Source: a virus (lineage: Duplodnaviria; Heunggongvirae; Uroviricota; Caudoviricetes). From it: a DNA stretch of 43,512 nucleotides. How positions within the stretch are numbered: the stretch's first letter is position 1; each line of letters opens with the position of its first letter. The stretch lies in IMG/VR virus record IMGVR_UViG_2563366800_000009, positions 1 through 43,512 of that record; one strand, written 5' to 3'. The notes under the pieces are model-generated. The model was given only the letters and a program-made list of their open reading frames with translations. It searched no databases and had not been told where the DNA came from. Positions 30,331 through 38,143 of this stretch are shown here, piece by piece. The translations under genes and the position numbers were made by a program.

Positions 30331-31766
30331 CAGAATCCTCCTTTCTTCTTGGACTGAGGTTCCTCGCGTTCACGGCGGCGCATTTCAGCAGACTGTTGGT
30401 CTGTGTCATAAATAGCGCCATTTGCCTGAATGCAATACACCGTGCCGGTATTGCCATGACGATTGAGACGAAGGATTAGTTCAGTTTCACCAGGTGGAAC
30501 ACTGTCATCAAAAGCGCCTTCACGATGGATCCCAACCCAATAATCGCAATCCTGTTCAATCTGCCCTGTATCTCGTGAGTCACTTGGTAATGGGCGTTTA
30601 TTGGTTCTGCTTTCCAGTGCGCGGTTAAGCTGCGTCAGAAGCACAACAACGCAATCAAGCTCTTTGGCAAGGTTCTTCAGTCCTTTGGTGATCATGCCGT
30701 AAGCAAGGTCGTTGCGATCGGCCTTCTCAGCGGTCATTAGTGTCAGGTAATCGACCAGAATCATGCCAACACATCCTTTTTCTCGCTTGATTCGACGGCT
30801 TTCGCTGACGATTTGAGCCAGAGATAATCCCGGCGTGTCGTCGATGTAAAGCAGGTCGATTTCACTCAAGCGATTGGCTGTTTCGATCGCCCTGTTGAAG
30901 TCACCATCGTAATCACCCTGATAGCCGTCATCGGCGTCATTTGTCGCCGGAAGGTAAAAAATATTCGGGTTAACACCTGACTTCTGCCCTACCAGTTTTT
31001 CCAGTATCTGGTCACCTGGCATTTCAAGGCTGAACATCAGAGCGGGCTTTTTCTCATGCACTGCGCAGTTGATTGCCATCTGGCTGTATAGCGTCGTTTT
31101 CCCCATCTTAGGGCGAGCGCCAATGACAAACAGAGAGCCTTTCACCAGACCTTTCGGTGACAGCATCCTGTCCAGCGATGGGATCCCTGTGCTCATTCCC
31201 CGTTGTTCGCCTGATGGATCAAATCGCTTCTCAAGGTCGCTAACCCAGTCTTCCATGACCTCACCAAATGAGCGAAGGCCGCGACGCGATCCGGTTTTTG
31301 CATGGTCTGTCAGTTGCGTGAAAATCGCCTGAATAGCTTCGTACTTCTGCGTTGCAGTCATTCCATTGCGGGAATAGAGCAATTCCGTCGCTTCAGTCAT
31401 GCGGTTGATGGCGTAGCGTTCCATTGCGGTTTCGCGAACCTGCATTGCATAAGCAACGATGTTTGCTGCGCTTGGCGTGTTCTTTGCGATCTCAGCGATA
31501 TAAGCAAAACCGCCAACAGACACCGTTAACGATTTACGCTCCAGTTCATCGAAAAGCGTCAGGCCATCTACTGGCTTTTGCTCACGGTGCATTCTGGTTA
31601 TTTCTTCGAAAAGGATTTTGTGTGGTCGGCTGTAAAATGAATCAGGCTTCAGCATCGCCAGAACTTTCTGGACGCGCTCACTGCTGTCATCATCCAGAAG
31701 CAATCCACCAATCACCGCCTGCTCTGCCTCGATGCTATGGGGCGGCGCATAAAAATTATCGGTCAT
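30330..31766 (-). CDS. Replicative DNA helicase, DnaB-like (P22 gene 12-like)
   Basis: Walker A GARPKMGKT and DnaB-family sequence; start at ATG 31766 with GAGGG RBS. Confidence 0.9.
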   Translation of the reverse strand: MTDNFYAPPHSIEAEQAVIGGLLLDDDSSERVQKVLAMLKPDSFYSRPHKILFEEITRMHREQKPVDGLTLFDELERKSLTVSVGGFAYIAEIAKNTPSAANIVAYAMQVRETAMERYAINRMTEATELLYSRNGMTATQKYEAIQAIFTQLTDHAKTGSRRGLRSFGEVMEDWVSDLEKRFDPSGEQRGMSTGIPSLDRMLSPKGLVKGSLFVIGARPKMGKTTLYSQMAINCAVHEKKPALMFSLEMPGDQILEKLVGQKSGVNPNIFYLPATNDADDGYQGDYDGDFNRAIETANRLSEIDLLYIDDTPGLSLAQIVSESRRIKREKGCVGMILVDYLTLMTAEKADRNDLAYGMITKGLKNLAKELDCVVVLLTQLNRALESRTNKRPLPSDSRDTGQIEQDCDYWVGIHREGAFDDSVPPGETELILRLNRHGNTGTVYCIQANGAIYDTDQQSAEMRRREREEPQSKKKGGF

Positions 31767-32583
31767 CGTGTTCACCCTCACGAACTTTCAGGTAGGTATT
31801 ATCGTTAAGCAGGAAATCAAATCCCTTTTTGTGCCAGACAGTTCCGCGTTGATGGTTTGGGCGCTCTTCGAACATCCATCGGCAATTTTCGCCTACGTAG
31901 CTCAAATAATTTCTCCAGTCCTGCATCGTGAACCCATGCCCGTCAAGCTGGCGGGTTATCACTCCGGCTTTGCGCCAGAACGTTCGGATCTGGTTTTTAC
32001 GCTTGTCATTCAGTGCGCGGATTCTTGGCGCTTCAGGAAGGATTTCGTGGTAAGCATCGACAACATCCTGACAGCTGACGGAAGGTTTTTTCTTGTCAGA
32101 CTTTTTGTCTGCTGTGGCACTCTCTAATACGTCAGTATTAGAGATATTATTTATATTATTGTTTATGGACAACTGTTGGACAACCGTTGGACAATCTCCG
32201 CTGAGAGCCGCACCATTACTGGTGTTTGCGTTGGACAACTGTTGGACAACCGTTGGACAATTTTTTGCCTGAAAATCGTCATATTTAACGATTGTAAACA
32301 GGCTAAATTTCTTCCCCATCGAGCAAATATTAAGCATACCTTTCGACTCAAAAGTCCGTAATAAGCTCCGAACTTTGTTGTCGGGGATGAATGTTTCTCT
32401 GACCAGCGACGGGCGTCCAGTTATCATCTGACCGCGCTCAACAGTTATCGGACCGATATCCGTATTGACGACAGTAGATTCGTGATTAGCCTTGAGGATT
32501 AAGTGAAGCCAAAGATGTACTGCCTGAGAGTCCTTATAGAGCCTGCTGTCCATAAACTGGCGGTGTATAGAGACATACCCCAT
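31756..32583 (-). CDS. Replication initiator, lambda O/P22 gene 18-like, containing the origin iterons
   Basis: Iteron array lies inside the ORF; AGGAGG RBS before ATG at 32583; directly upstream of the helicase gene. Confidence 0.7.
   Translation of the reverse strand: MGYVSIHRQFMDSRLYKDSQAVHLWLHLILKANHESTVVNTDIGPITVERGQMITGRPSLVRETFIPDNKVRSLLRTFESKGMLNICSMGKKFSLFTIVKYDDFQAKNCPTVVQQLSNANTSNGAALSGDCPTVVQQLSINNNINNISNTDVLESATADKKSDKKKPSVSCQDVVDAYHEILPEAPRIRALNDKRKNQIRTFWRKAGVITRQLDGHGFTMQDWRNYLSYVGENCRWMFEERPNHQRGTVWHKKGFDFLLNDNTYLKVREGEHDDR
32165..32263. repeat. Phage replication origin iterons: two clusters of three 11-bp repeats TTGGACAAC(T/C)G, followed by an AT-rich segment
   Basis: Six tandem or near-tandem copies seen at 32165-32197 and 32231-32263. 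Confidence 0.75.
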
Positions 32584-32633
32584 ACTGGATGCCTCCTGAT
32601 GTTGTACAGGGTTATGCCTGTAATCAGCTAACT

Positions 32634-32794
32634 TAACGACGCCCATGTTTCACTCCTGCTTTGGCTAGTCTGTAAACACCAACAAGGCGCTCTGCGAACG
32701 CCCTGTTATTTGCTGCGGCTACCACTAATCCCTCAGGTGAATCAGGGTGTCGAATCTCTTCTTTTTCCTGGTATTTCTTACGACGTTTTGTCAT
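32634..32794 (-). CDS. Hypothetical small basic protein (53 aa) between cII and the O-like gene
   Basis: ATG with AGGAG RBS; not in ORF track. Confidence 0.4.
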
Positions 32795-32828
32795 AATTAC
32801 TCCTGTGGATTGATCCAGTCTTTCTACA

Positions 32829-33107
32829 TCAGGCCTCGAAGAATTCGCCGTTCTTCGGGGCTTTTTCTTTTGTCAGCATTCTGGCTACTTTCTTAGCCAG
32901 TTCCGCCAACTCCTCGTCTTCAACACCCCACTCCAGTACAGCCAGAAGCATGGCCATCTTTGGGATAAAGCTGTCTTTCCATCGCGAAATTTGCGATTCA
33001 TTGATCCCTAATGCGTCGGCCACCTTTCGCTGACCACGTACAGCAATTCGATTCAGGATGTTGCTTGTAATTGCATTCGCTTTCTTGCGAGTACTTGTAA
33101 GTTGCAT
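32829..33107 (-). CDS. cII: Transcriptional activator CII
   Basis: SQISRWK...MLLAVLEWGVEDEELAELAKKVA closely resembles lambda CII. Confidence 0.85.
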   Translation of the reverse strand: MQLTSTRKKANAITSNILNRIAVRGQRKVADALGINESQISRWKDSFIPKMAMLLAVLEWGVEDEELAELAKKVARMLTKEKAPKNGEFFEA

Positions 33108-33164
33108 ATGTAAGTATTTCCTTAACTAATAAGAAGTTATGCGCATCAACTTATGTGCGTTGTA

Positions 33165-33209
33165 TTCCCGCATTTCGGCGGGAATGAGGACCATGACTGT
33201 TAAAGAGCG
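33165..33209 (-). promoter_or_regulatory. nutR site: boxA (CGCTCTTTAACA on the transcript strand) followed by boxB hairpin (TCCCGCCGAAATGCGGGA)
   Basis: boxA matches the rrn-type consensus; perfect 6-7 bp stem hairpin; located between cro and cII. Confidence 0.6.
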
Positions 33210-33215
33210 GTGTTA

Positions 33216-33410
33216 CTATTTGTTTTTCTTGTTGCTTGGGAAAGGACGAACTTCCTCTCCAATCACACTGCCATCAGGCTTTACCGTAACCATGATGTTA
33301 CGGCCTGCCAGAATGGCCTTGCTGATAGCGCACTGGATTACACCAAAGTCACTGGCTGCTTTAGCCTGTCCATGGATTTTGGCGTAATCGGCAAGTGTCA
33401 TTCGAATCAT
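33216..33410 (-). CDS. cro: Cro repressor
   Basis: [32 protein letters not shown]...PFPSNKK resembles lambda Cro; GGAG RBS before ATG 33410. Confidence 0.85.
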   Translation of the reverse strand: MIRMTLADYAKIHGQAKAASDFGVIQCAISKAILAGRNIMVTVKPDGSVIGEEVRPFPSNKKNK

Positions 33411-33439
33411 ATGCACTCTCCGTTATTAACCATGAATAA

Positions 33440-33481
33440 AGAATACTACAGGTATTCAAAGCAATCAATACTCAGGGTATT
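33440..33481. promoter_or_regulatory. oR operator region with pR (and pRM): inverted repeats AATACTACAGGTATT (33442-33456) and AATACTCAGGGTATT (33467-33481); pR -35 TTGATT and -10 TATTCT on the minus strand
   Basis: Palindromes with the same half-site as the oL copies; promoter hexamers at 17-bp spacing. Confidence 0.55.
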
Positions 33482-33516
33482 TTTAGTTTAAGTACCTTAG
33501 CTATTAGAATTAAGCT

Positions 33517-34233
33517 ATGGAAAATAAAAAATCACTGACGACAGAACAGCTCGAAGACGCTAAGCGGCTTAAGGCTTTGTATGAGTCAAAAAAGAAAGAA
33601 TTGGGAATAACCCAATACTCAATCGCTGATGAACTGGGTATCACCCAAGGAGCGGTAGGGCATTATCTTAATGGCAGAAACGCGCTAAACGTTGAGGTTG
33701 CATCTGGTTTTGCACGATTGTTGCAAGTCTCAATTGCTGATTTTAGCCAGTCAATTGCTGCCAAGGTTGCAGAACAGGCAGAAAGCCTTAAGAGCGATGC
33801 CAACGTAAGGTATGCAGGGGAATACAGAGCAGGAAAGAGGTATCCGGTGTTAAGCAGTATCCAGGCTGGCTCGTGGTGTGAAGCATGCGAACCATACACC
33901 ATTAAAGACATAGATGTTTGGCTTGAGTCTGACGCGCATATTCAAGGTAATGCGTTTTGGCTTAAAGTGGAAGGTGATTCAATGACGGCACCGGTTGGGT
34001 TAAGCATTCCAGAGGGAACATTCGTTCTTTTCGATACCGGAAGGGAGGCGATCAACGGCAGCTTGGTCATAGCAAAACTTTCTGACTCTAACGAAGCAAC
34101 ATTCAAGAAGCTGATAATCGACGGCGGAAATAAATACCTCAAGGGACTTAATCCTGCATGGCCTCTCGTGCCAATCAATGGAAACTGCAAGATTATAGGC
34201 GTTGCAATTGAGACAAAACTAAGGCTGGTTTGA
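33517..34233 (+). CDS. cI: CI repressor (HTH N-terminal domain, S24-peptidase-like C-terminal domain)
   Basis: LTTEQLEDAKRLKALYESKKKELG and C-terminal LKVEGDSMTAP...TFKKL resemble lambda CI; divergent from cro. Confidence 0.9.
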   Translation: MENKKSLTTEQLEDAKRLKALYESKKKELGITQYSIADELGITQGAVGHYLNGRNALNVEVASGFARLLQVSIADFSQSIAAKVAEQAESLKSDANVRYAGEYRAGKRYPVLSSIQAGSWCEACEPYTIKDIDVWLESDAHIQGNAFWLKVEGDSMTAPVGLSIPEGTFVLFDTGREAINGSLVIAKLSDSNEATFKKLIIDGGNKYLKGLNPAWPLVPINGNCKIIGVAIETKLRLV

Positions 34234-34250
34234 TCACGCAAGGGGCGATT

Positions 34251-34619
34251 ATGGTTGGAACCGCTATAGCAAGCTTTTTTGGGATGTTGGCAATCTCGAC
34301 AATTTACGGCTTAGCGCATGCTTTTATTGCGAAATCTCTATCAGAAAAAATAAGCCAGGCTTGGGCGCATAGATCAGCTCGTTTCATGATTCTTGTGATC
34401 ATAGCAATACAAGGGATATCTGCATTTATCCTCTATGGATCAAGCTTATACCTATTGTATCAAGGCGCGACATTTACGCCTTACACCAGTGATTACGGAA
34501 CTCTATACGATGGTAGTGAAGACATCACTGTGGCTTGGATCGTCTTTGGTTTATCTATGGCCGTGTCTGTTGTAGCAGACATCATTAAGGTAATTCTCGT
34601 CTTAACCTTCGCTGACTAA
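34251..34619 (+). CDS. Small membrane protein (about 3 TM helices) directly downstream of cI at the rexAB-equivalent position
   Basis: AAGGGG RBS before ATG 34251, 18 bp after the cI stop; hydrophobic segments. Confidence 0.6.
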   Translation: MVGTAIASFFGMLAISTIYGLAHAFIAKSLSEKISQAWAHRSARFMILVIIAIQGISAFILYGSSLYLLYQGATFTPYTSDYGTLYDGSEDITVAWIVFGLSMAVSVVADIIKVILVLTFAD

Positions 34620-34750
34620 CCCATAATCCCGGCAGCAATAGCTATCGGGATCCACTTCACATATCCCGCATAAAAATCACTGAACAAGCAGACAGCGAAA
34701 AAATAAATATCCTTTGTATTCATTTGTTTATCATTATTTCATCAAAAATA

Positions 34751-34792
34751 AATACCTTGGGTATTTACACAATAAAATACCTACAGTATTCT
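34751..34792 (+). promoter_or_regulatory. oL/pL: operators AATACCTTGGGTATT (34751-34765) and AATACCTACAGTATT (34776-34790); -35 TTTACA (34764-34769), -10 TATTCT (34787-34792)
   Basis: Same half-sites and same 25-bp spacing as oR. Confidence 0.5.
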
Positions 34793-34838
34793 TTAGCCAT
34801 CAGCAGGACGCTGGAAGCCAAACGGAACAGATTGGCAG

Positions 34839-34879
34839 GCTCTTTAACATTGATGGGATTGTCCCGCCGAAATGCGGGA
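34839..34879 (+). promoter_or_regulatory. nutL site: boxA GCTCTTTAACA then boxB hairpin TCCCGCCGAAATGCGGGA
   Basis: Same boxA/boxB as nutR in opposite orientation, upstream of the N gene. Confidence 0.6.
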
Positions 34880-34986
34880 ACCAAAGAGTAGTTGGCTTTG
34901 GGGTGGCGTGAAGTGCAGCTGCACGACGGCAACCGGAAGATAAGCACCCGGCGCGTCACCGCCAAAGTCAATCATCGGAGGTCAAC

Positions 34987-35292
34987 ATGACAGTAGTCAT
35001 TACATATCTGGCTGACGATAACGCCAGAAATCGCCGCAGAGCACGCAGACAGGCTCAACGTGAACAGGCAATGCAAGAACAGCGATTGGCACGAAAAATT
35101 GCGCTAAAGCTCTCTGGTTGCGTCAGAGCAGATAAAGCAGCATCACTCGGAAGCCTTCGCTGCAAGAAGGCAGAAGAAGTCGAGCGTAAACAGAACCGTA
35201 TTTACTACCGCAAGCCACGCAGTGAAATGGGGGTGACTTGTGTTGGTCGCCAGAAAATGAAATCAGGCAGTAAGCTACTGTATGAGGGGTGA
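34987..35292 (+). CDS. N: Antitermination protein N
   Basis: Arg-rich motif NARNRRRARRQAQ near N-terminus; C-terminal RKQNRIYYRKPRSEMGVTCVGRQKMK resembles lambda N. Confidence 0.75.
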   Translation: MTVVITYLADDNARNRRRARRQAQREQAMQEQRLARKIALKLSGCVRADKAASLGSLRCKKAEEVERKQNRIYYRKPRSEMGVTCVGRQKMKSGSKLLYEG

Positions 35293-35295
35293 GAT

Positions 35296-35484
35296 ATGCA
35301 TAAATGTCAGTTCTGTGGATACATGTTTGAATCAAATGAAATGCAACGTATTTCGTTAAACCTTATCGGTAGGCCATACAACATTTGCCTAGGATGTAGC
35401 GAGAAATACAAAAACAAAGACATGTGGGACGACAATAAAAACGATATCGACTGGAATAAAGTGCCATGTATTGATGATAGTTAA
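35296..35484 (+). CDS. Hypothetical zinc-ribbon-like small protein (62 aa)
   Basis: CQFCG...CLGC motif; GAGGGGTGAG RBS. Confidence 0.5.
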   Translation: MHKCQFCGYMFESNEMQRISLNLIGRPYNICLGCSEKYKNKDMWDDNKNDIDWNKVPCIDDS

Positions 35485-35494
35485 AAATAATTAT

Positions 35495-35567
35495 GCCGCA
35501 TAGTCGGCCTTCTTTTGGCATAAACAACAGAATAAACACTGCACTGAATTATTTGAGGTGAGATATG
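35495..35567 (+). repeat. 73-bp direct repeat, copy 1 (ends with RBS and ATG of the downstream gene)
   Basis: Identical to 36021-36093. Confidence 0.85.
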
Positions 35568-36014
35568 GAAGAACAAGCAAACAAGATTCTCGTAGAACTA
35601 CTGCAAAAAGCCAGTAATGGAATAGACGCGGCTGTTTCATTTAGCCAGGCACAGATTCCTGATGTTGTTCATCAGTTGCTGCTATGGAATATGGTTGACA
35701 GTCTGATTAAAACATTAATGGCCATTCTAACAATCCCACTGGTTTTCTGGTTTATGAAGAAGCAGTGCCAAAGAGTTGAGACAGGTAAAATCGGTGATGA
35801 AGGATATTCATGGGAGAAAGGAAATCCCAAATACAGGCCGACAATGGTTTGGGATAGCAAAGGTGATATTAATCTTCTTATCATGCCATTGGTTGTAGTT
35901 TTGACTCTGTGGGGGATTTTTATTATTGGTGTAGTAACCAATATGACTTGGTTAAAAATTTGGCTGGCCCCAAAGCTTTACCTTATCGAATATGCAGCAT
36001 CATTGGTTAAGTAA
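35565..36014 (+). CDS. Membrane protein (2 TM helices) in the pL operon at the sieB-like position; candidate exclusion protein
   Basis: 149 aa; flanked by perfect 73-bp direct repeats; AT-rich. Confidence 0.6.
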   Translation: MEEQANKILVELLQKASNGIDAAVSFSQAQIPDVVHQLLLWNMVDSLIKTLMAILTIPLVFWFMKKQCQRVETGKIGDEGYSWEKGNPKYRPTMVWDSKGDINLLIMPLVVVLTLWGIFIIGVVTNMTWLKIWLAPKLYLIEYAASLVK

Positions 36015-36020
36015 TTTCAG

Positions 36021-36093
36021 GCCGCATAGTCGGCCTTCTTTTGGCATAAACAACAGAATAAACACTGCACTGAATTATTTGAGGTGAGATATG
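36021..36093 (+). repeat. 73-bp direct repeat, copy 2
   Basis: Identical to 35495-35567. Confidence 0.85.
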
Positions 36094-36561
36094 ACAAAAT
36101 CATGGAGCGTACCTTTTCCTGAATCAGAAACTGAACATGATGGAATGCCTGTTTTCTGGAGATTCCAAGCGACAGTTGAAGAAGATGGAATCAAAATATT
36201 CGCACTTCAATATATAGCTTTTCATCAGACAGAGCATTATGCATGGTTGGTTCCTGCGCATTGGATTGTTAATTTTAAACCAGCACCAAATCAGTGGTTA
36301 CAGGAATGGAAACAAAGGAGAAATAGATATGCAATTAAGAAAGTAGCAAAAAATGCAGAAAGATCTTTTGCGTTCCCGACGAAGAAACTTGCCATTGAAA
36401 GTTTATTGCGCCGGAAGAAATACCATTTGATGAGAATCAAACAAGATTTGGCTGTTGTATCAACTCTTGTTGATGGGATGAAGAATATTGATACATCAAC
36501 ACCAGATATTGAATATAACTTTGGACACAACCAAGAAACAGAAAATTGGGTGTTTTATTAG
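36091..36561 (+). CDS. Hypothetical 156-aa protein
   Basis: Start supplied by repeat copy 2; no recognisable motif. Confidence 0.55.
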   Translation: MTKSWSVPFPESETEHDGMPVFWRFQATVEEDGIKIFALQYIAFHQTEHYAWLVPAHWIVNFKPAPNQWLQEWKQRRNRYAIKKVAKNAERSFAFPTKKLAIESLLRRKKYHLMRIKQDLAVVSTLVDGMKNIDTSTPDIEYNFGHNQETENWVFY

Positions 36562-36704
36562 TATGAATAAGCACTGTGTATTCATTCCAACGAGTGAATA
36601 CACGGAGCAATGTCGCTCGTAACTAAACAGGAGCCGACTTGTTCTGATTATTGGAAATCTTCTTTGCCCTCCGATGTGAGGGCGATTTTTTTGATGGAGG
36701 ATAT

Positions 36705-37673
36705 ATGAGTGAAGTAACAGATTTAGTTGTTATTGAAAAAGCAAATGCAATGACTGTATTTCAGTCTGCCGACCAGATTGAAGAAATCCTTCAAAAGGTT
36801 GAACGTGAAGTTATGTCCTTTGTGCCTGATATCACAACGGCAAAGGGCAGAAAGGAGATCGCTTCTCTGGCGTATAAAGTTGCGCAGACGAAAACATATC
36901 TCGATGGTCTTGGAAAAGACCTTGTTGCTGAACTGAAGGAAATTCCAAAGCTAATTGATGCCAACCGCAAGACAGTGCGTGATCGCCTTGATGAGCTGAA
37001 ATCCAAGGCACGCCAGCCTCTTACTGATTATGAGGAGGAACAGGCACGGATTAAAGCCGAAGAAGAAGCTAAGGCAGCAGCTGAAGCTCTCGCAAAGCAA
37101 ATTGAGTCTGACCATGAAATAGCTATTTTGATGGATCGCGAATTTGACCGCCAAAGAGAAGAGGCAAGACTCAAAGCGGAGCAGGAAAAGCGAGAGCATG
37201 AAGAACGCTTAAAAAGAGAAGCTGAAGAGAAAGCCAGAGCAGAAGCCGAAGCAAAGGCAAAAGCCGAAATTGAAGCAGCAGCAAGGCGAGAAGCAGAAGC
37301 TAAGGCCGCAGCGGAACGTGCAGAGCGTGAACGCATTGAAGCCGAGCAACGAGCACAGCGCGAAGCAAAAGAGGCAGCAGAACGAGCTGAAAGAGAAAAG
37401 CAGGCGGCAATTGAAGCAGAACGCCGAAAAGCACAGGAGGAGGCTGAACGAATCCGGCGCGAGGCTGAAGCAAAAGAGCAAGCCAGAATAGCAGAAGAAA
37501 AAAGAATCAAGGACGAAGAAGAGCGTAGAGCAAAGGATAAAGCTCACCGGAAAGAAGTAAATAACAAAATACTTGCTGACCTTATCAAGGTTGGCGCATC
37601 AGAAGATGTTGCTAAAAATATCATAACAGCCATCGTAAAAGGCAAAGTATTCGCAACAAAAATAACCTACTAA
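36705..37673 (+). CDS. Coiled-coil protein with long Ala/Glu/Lys/Arg-rich low-complexity region (TolA-like repeats)
   Basis: GGAGG RBS before ATG 36705; about 150 aa of EAKAKAE/AERAERE-type repeats. Confidence 0.55.
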   Translation: MSEVTDLVVIEKANAMTVFQSADQIEEILQKVEREVMSFVPDITTAKGRKEIASLAYKVAQTKTYLDGLGKDLVAELKEIPKLIDANRKTVRDRLDELKSKARQPLTDYEEEQARIKAEEEAKAAAEALAKQIESDHEIAILMDREFDRQREEARLKAEQEKREHEERLKREAEEKARAEAEAKAKAEIEAAARREAEAKAAAERAERERIEAEQRAQREAKEAAERAEREKQAAIEAERRKAQEEAERIRREAEAKEQARIAEEKRIKDEEERRAKDKAHRKEVNNKILADLIKVGASEDVAKNIITAIVKGKVFATKITY

Positions 37674-37697
37674 TAAAACCAACATAAGGAACCACCC

Positions 37698-37844
37698 ATG
37701 ATTTACGCAATCGCGGGAGGCGCTCGCATGGGTGCCTTCCAATTAAATGAATCTTTACTTGAACGAATCACCCGTAAATTACGTGACGGATGGAAACGAC
37801 TCATCGACGTACTTAATCAGCCAGGAGTTCCAAAAAATGGATAA
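37698..37844 (+). CDS. cIII: CIII (FtsH inhibitor stabilising CII), 48 aa
   Basis: Not in ORF track; ...ESLLERITRKLRDGWKRLIDVLNQPGVPKNG resembles lambda CIII. Confidence 0.8.
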   Translation: MIYAIAGGARMGAFQLNESLLERITRKLRDGWKRLIDVLNQPGVPKNG

Positions 37845-37950
37845 AACACTTATGGCTATTCAGACTAAATTCACTATCGCCACTTTTATTGGCGATGAAA
37901 AGATGTTTCGTGAGGCCGTCGAAGCCTACAGAAAATGGAGGTCTAAATGA
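37837..37950 (+). CDS. Small protein (37 aa) immediately after cIII; Kil-like by position
   Basis: Overlaps cIII stop; called by synteny only. Confidence 0.4.
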   Translation: MDKTLMAIQTKFTIATFIGDEKMFREAVEAYRKWRSK

Positions 37951-38135
37951 TTCCGGTAGAGCTGGCGAAAACTCCAGAGTTAAGTCGATTAAAAAGAGAA
38001 TATCACATTGCTGAGGCTCGTTACTGGCGTAAAGCGGGAGATAAATCAAAGAAACAACTTTGTTTATGGCAAGCGCAAAGAGAGCGCATGAATGAGCGCG
38101 AATTTCTTTCCGCCCCATCCGAATTACCATTCTGA
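37947..38135 (+). CDS. Hypothetical 62-aa protein
   Basis: ATGA overlap with upstream ORF. Confidence 0.4.
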   Translation: MIPVELAKTPELSRLKREYHIAEARYWRKAGDKSKKQLCLWQAQRERMNEREFLSAPSELPF

Positions 38136-38143
38136 GGTGAATT

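Noticed and set aside
32165-32263. Possible CRISPR array
   Set aside because: Repeats are only 11 bp, directly tandem without unique spacers, and lie inside a replication initiator gene; these are origin iterons.
32163-32361. Two ORFs on opposite strands (62 and 61 aa) over the iteron region
   Set aside because: They are read straight through the tandem TTGGACAAC repeats inside the initiator gene; repeat artefacts.
36951-37547. Three minus-strand ORFs (82, 160 and 112 aa) rich in Ser/Ala/Cys/Phe
   Set aside because: Antisense frames through the GAA/GCA-rich low-complexity repeat of the coiled-coil gene; artefacts.
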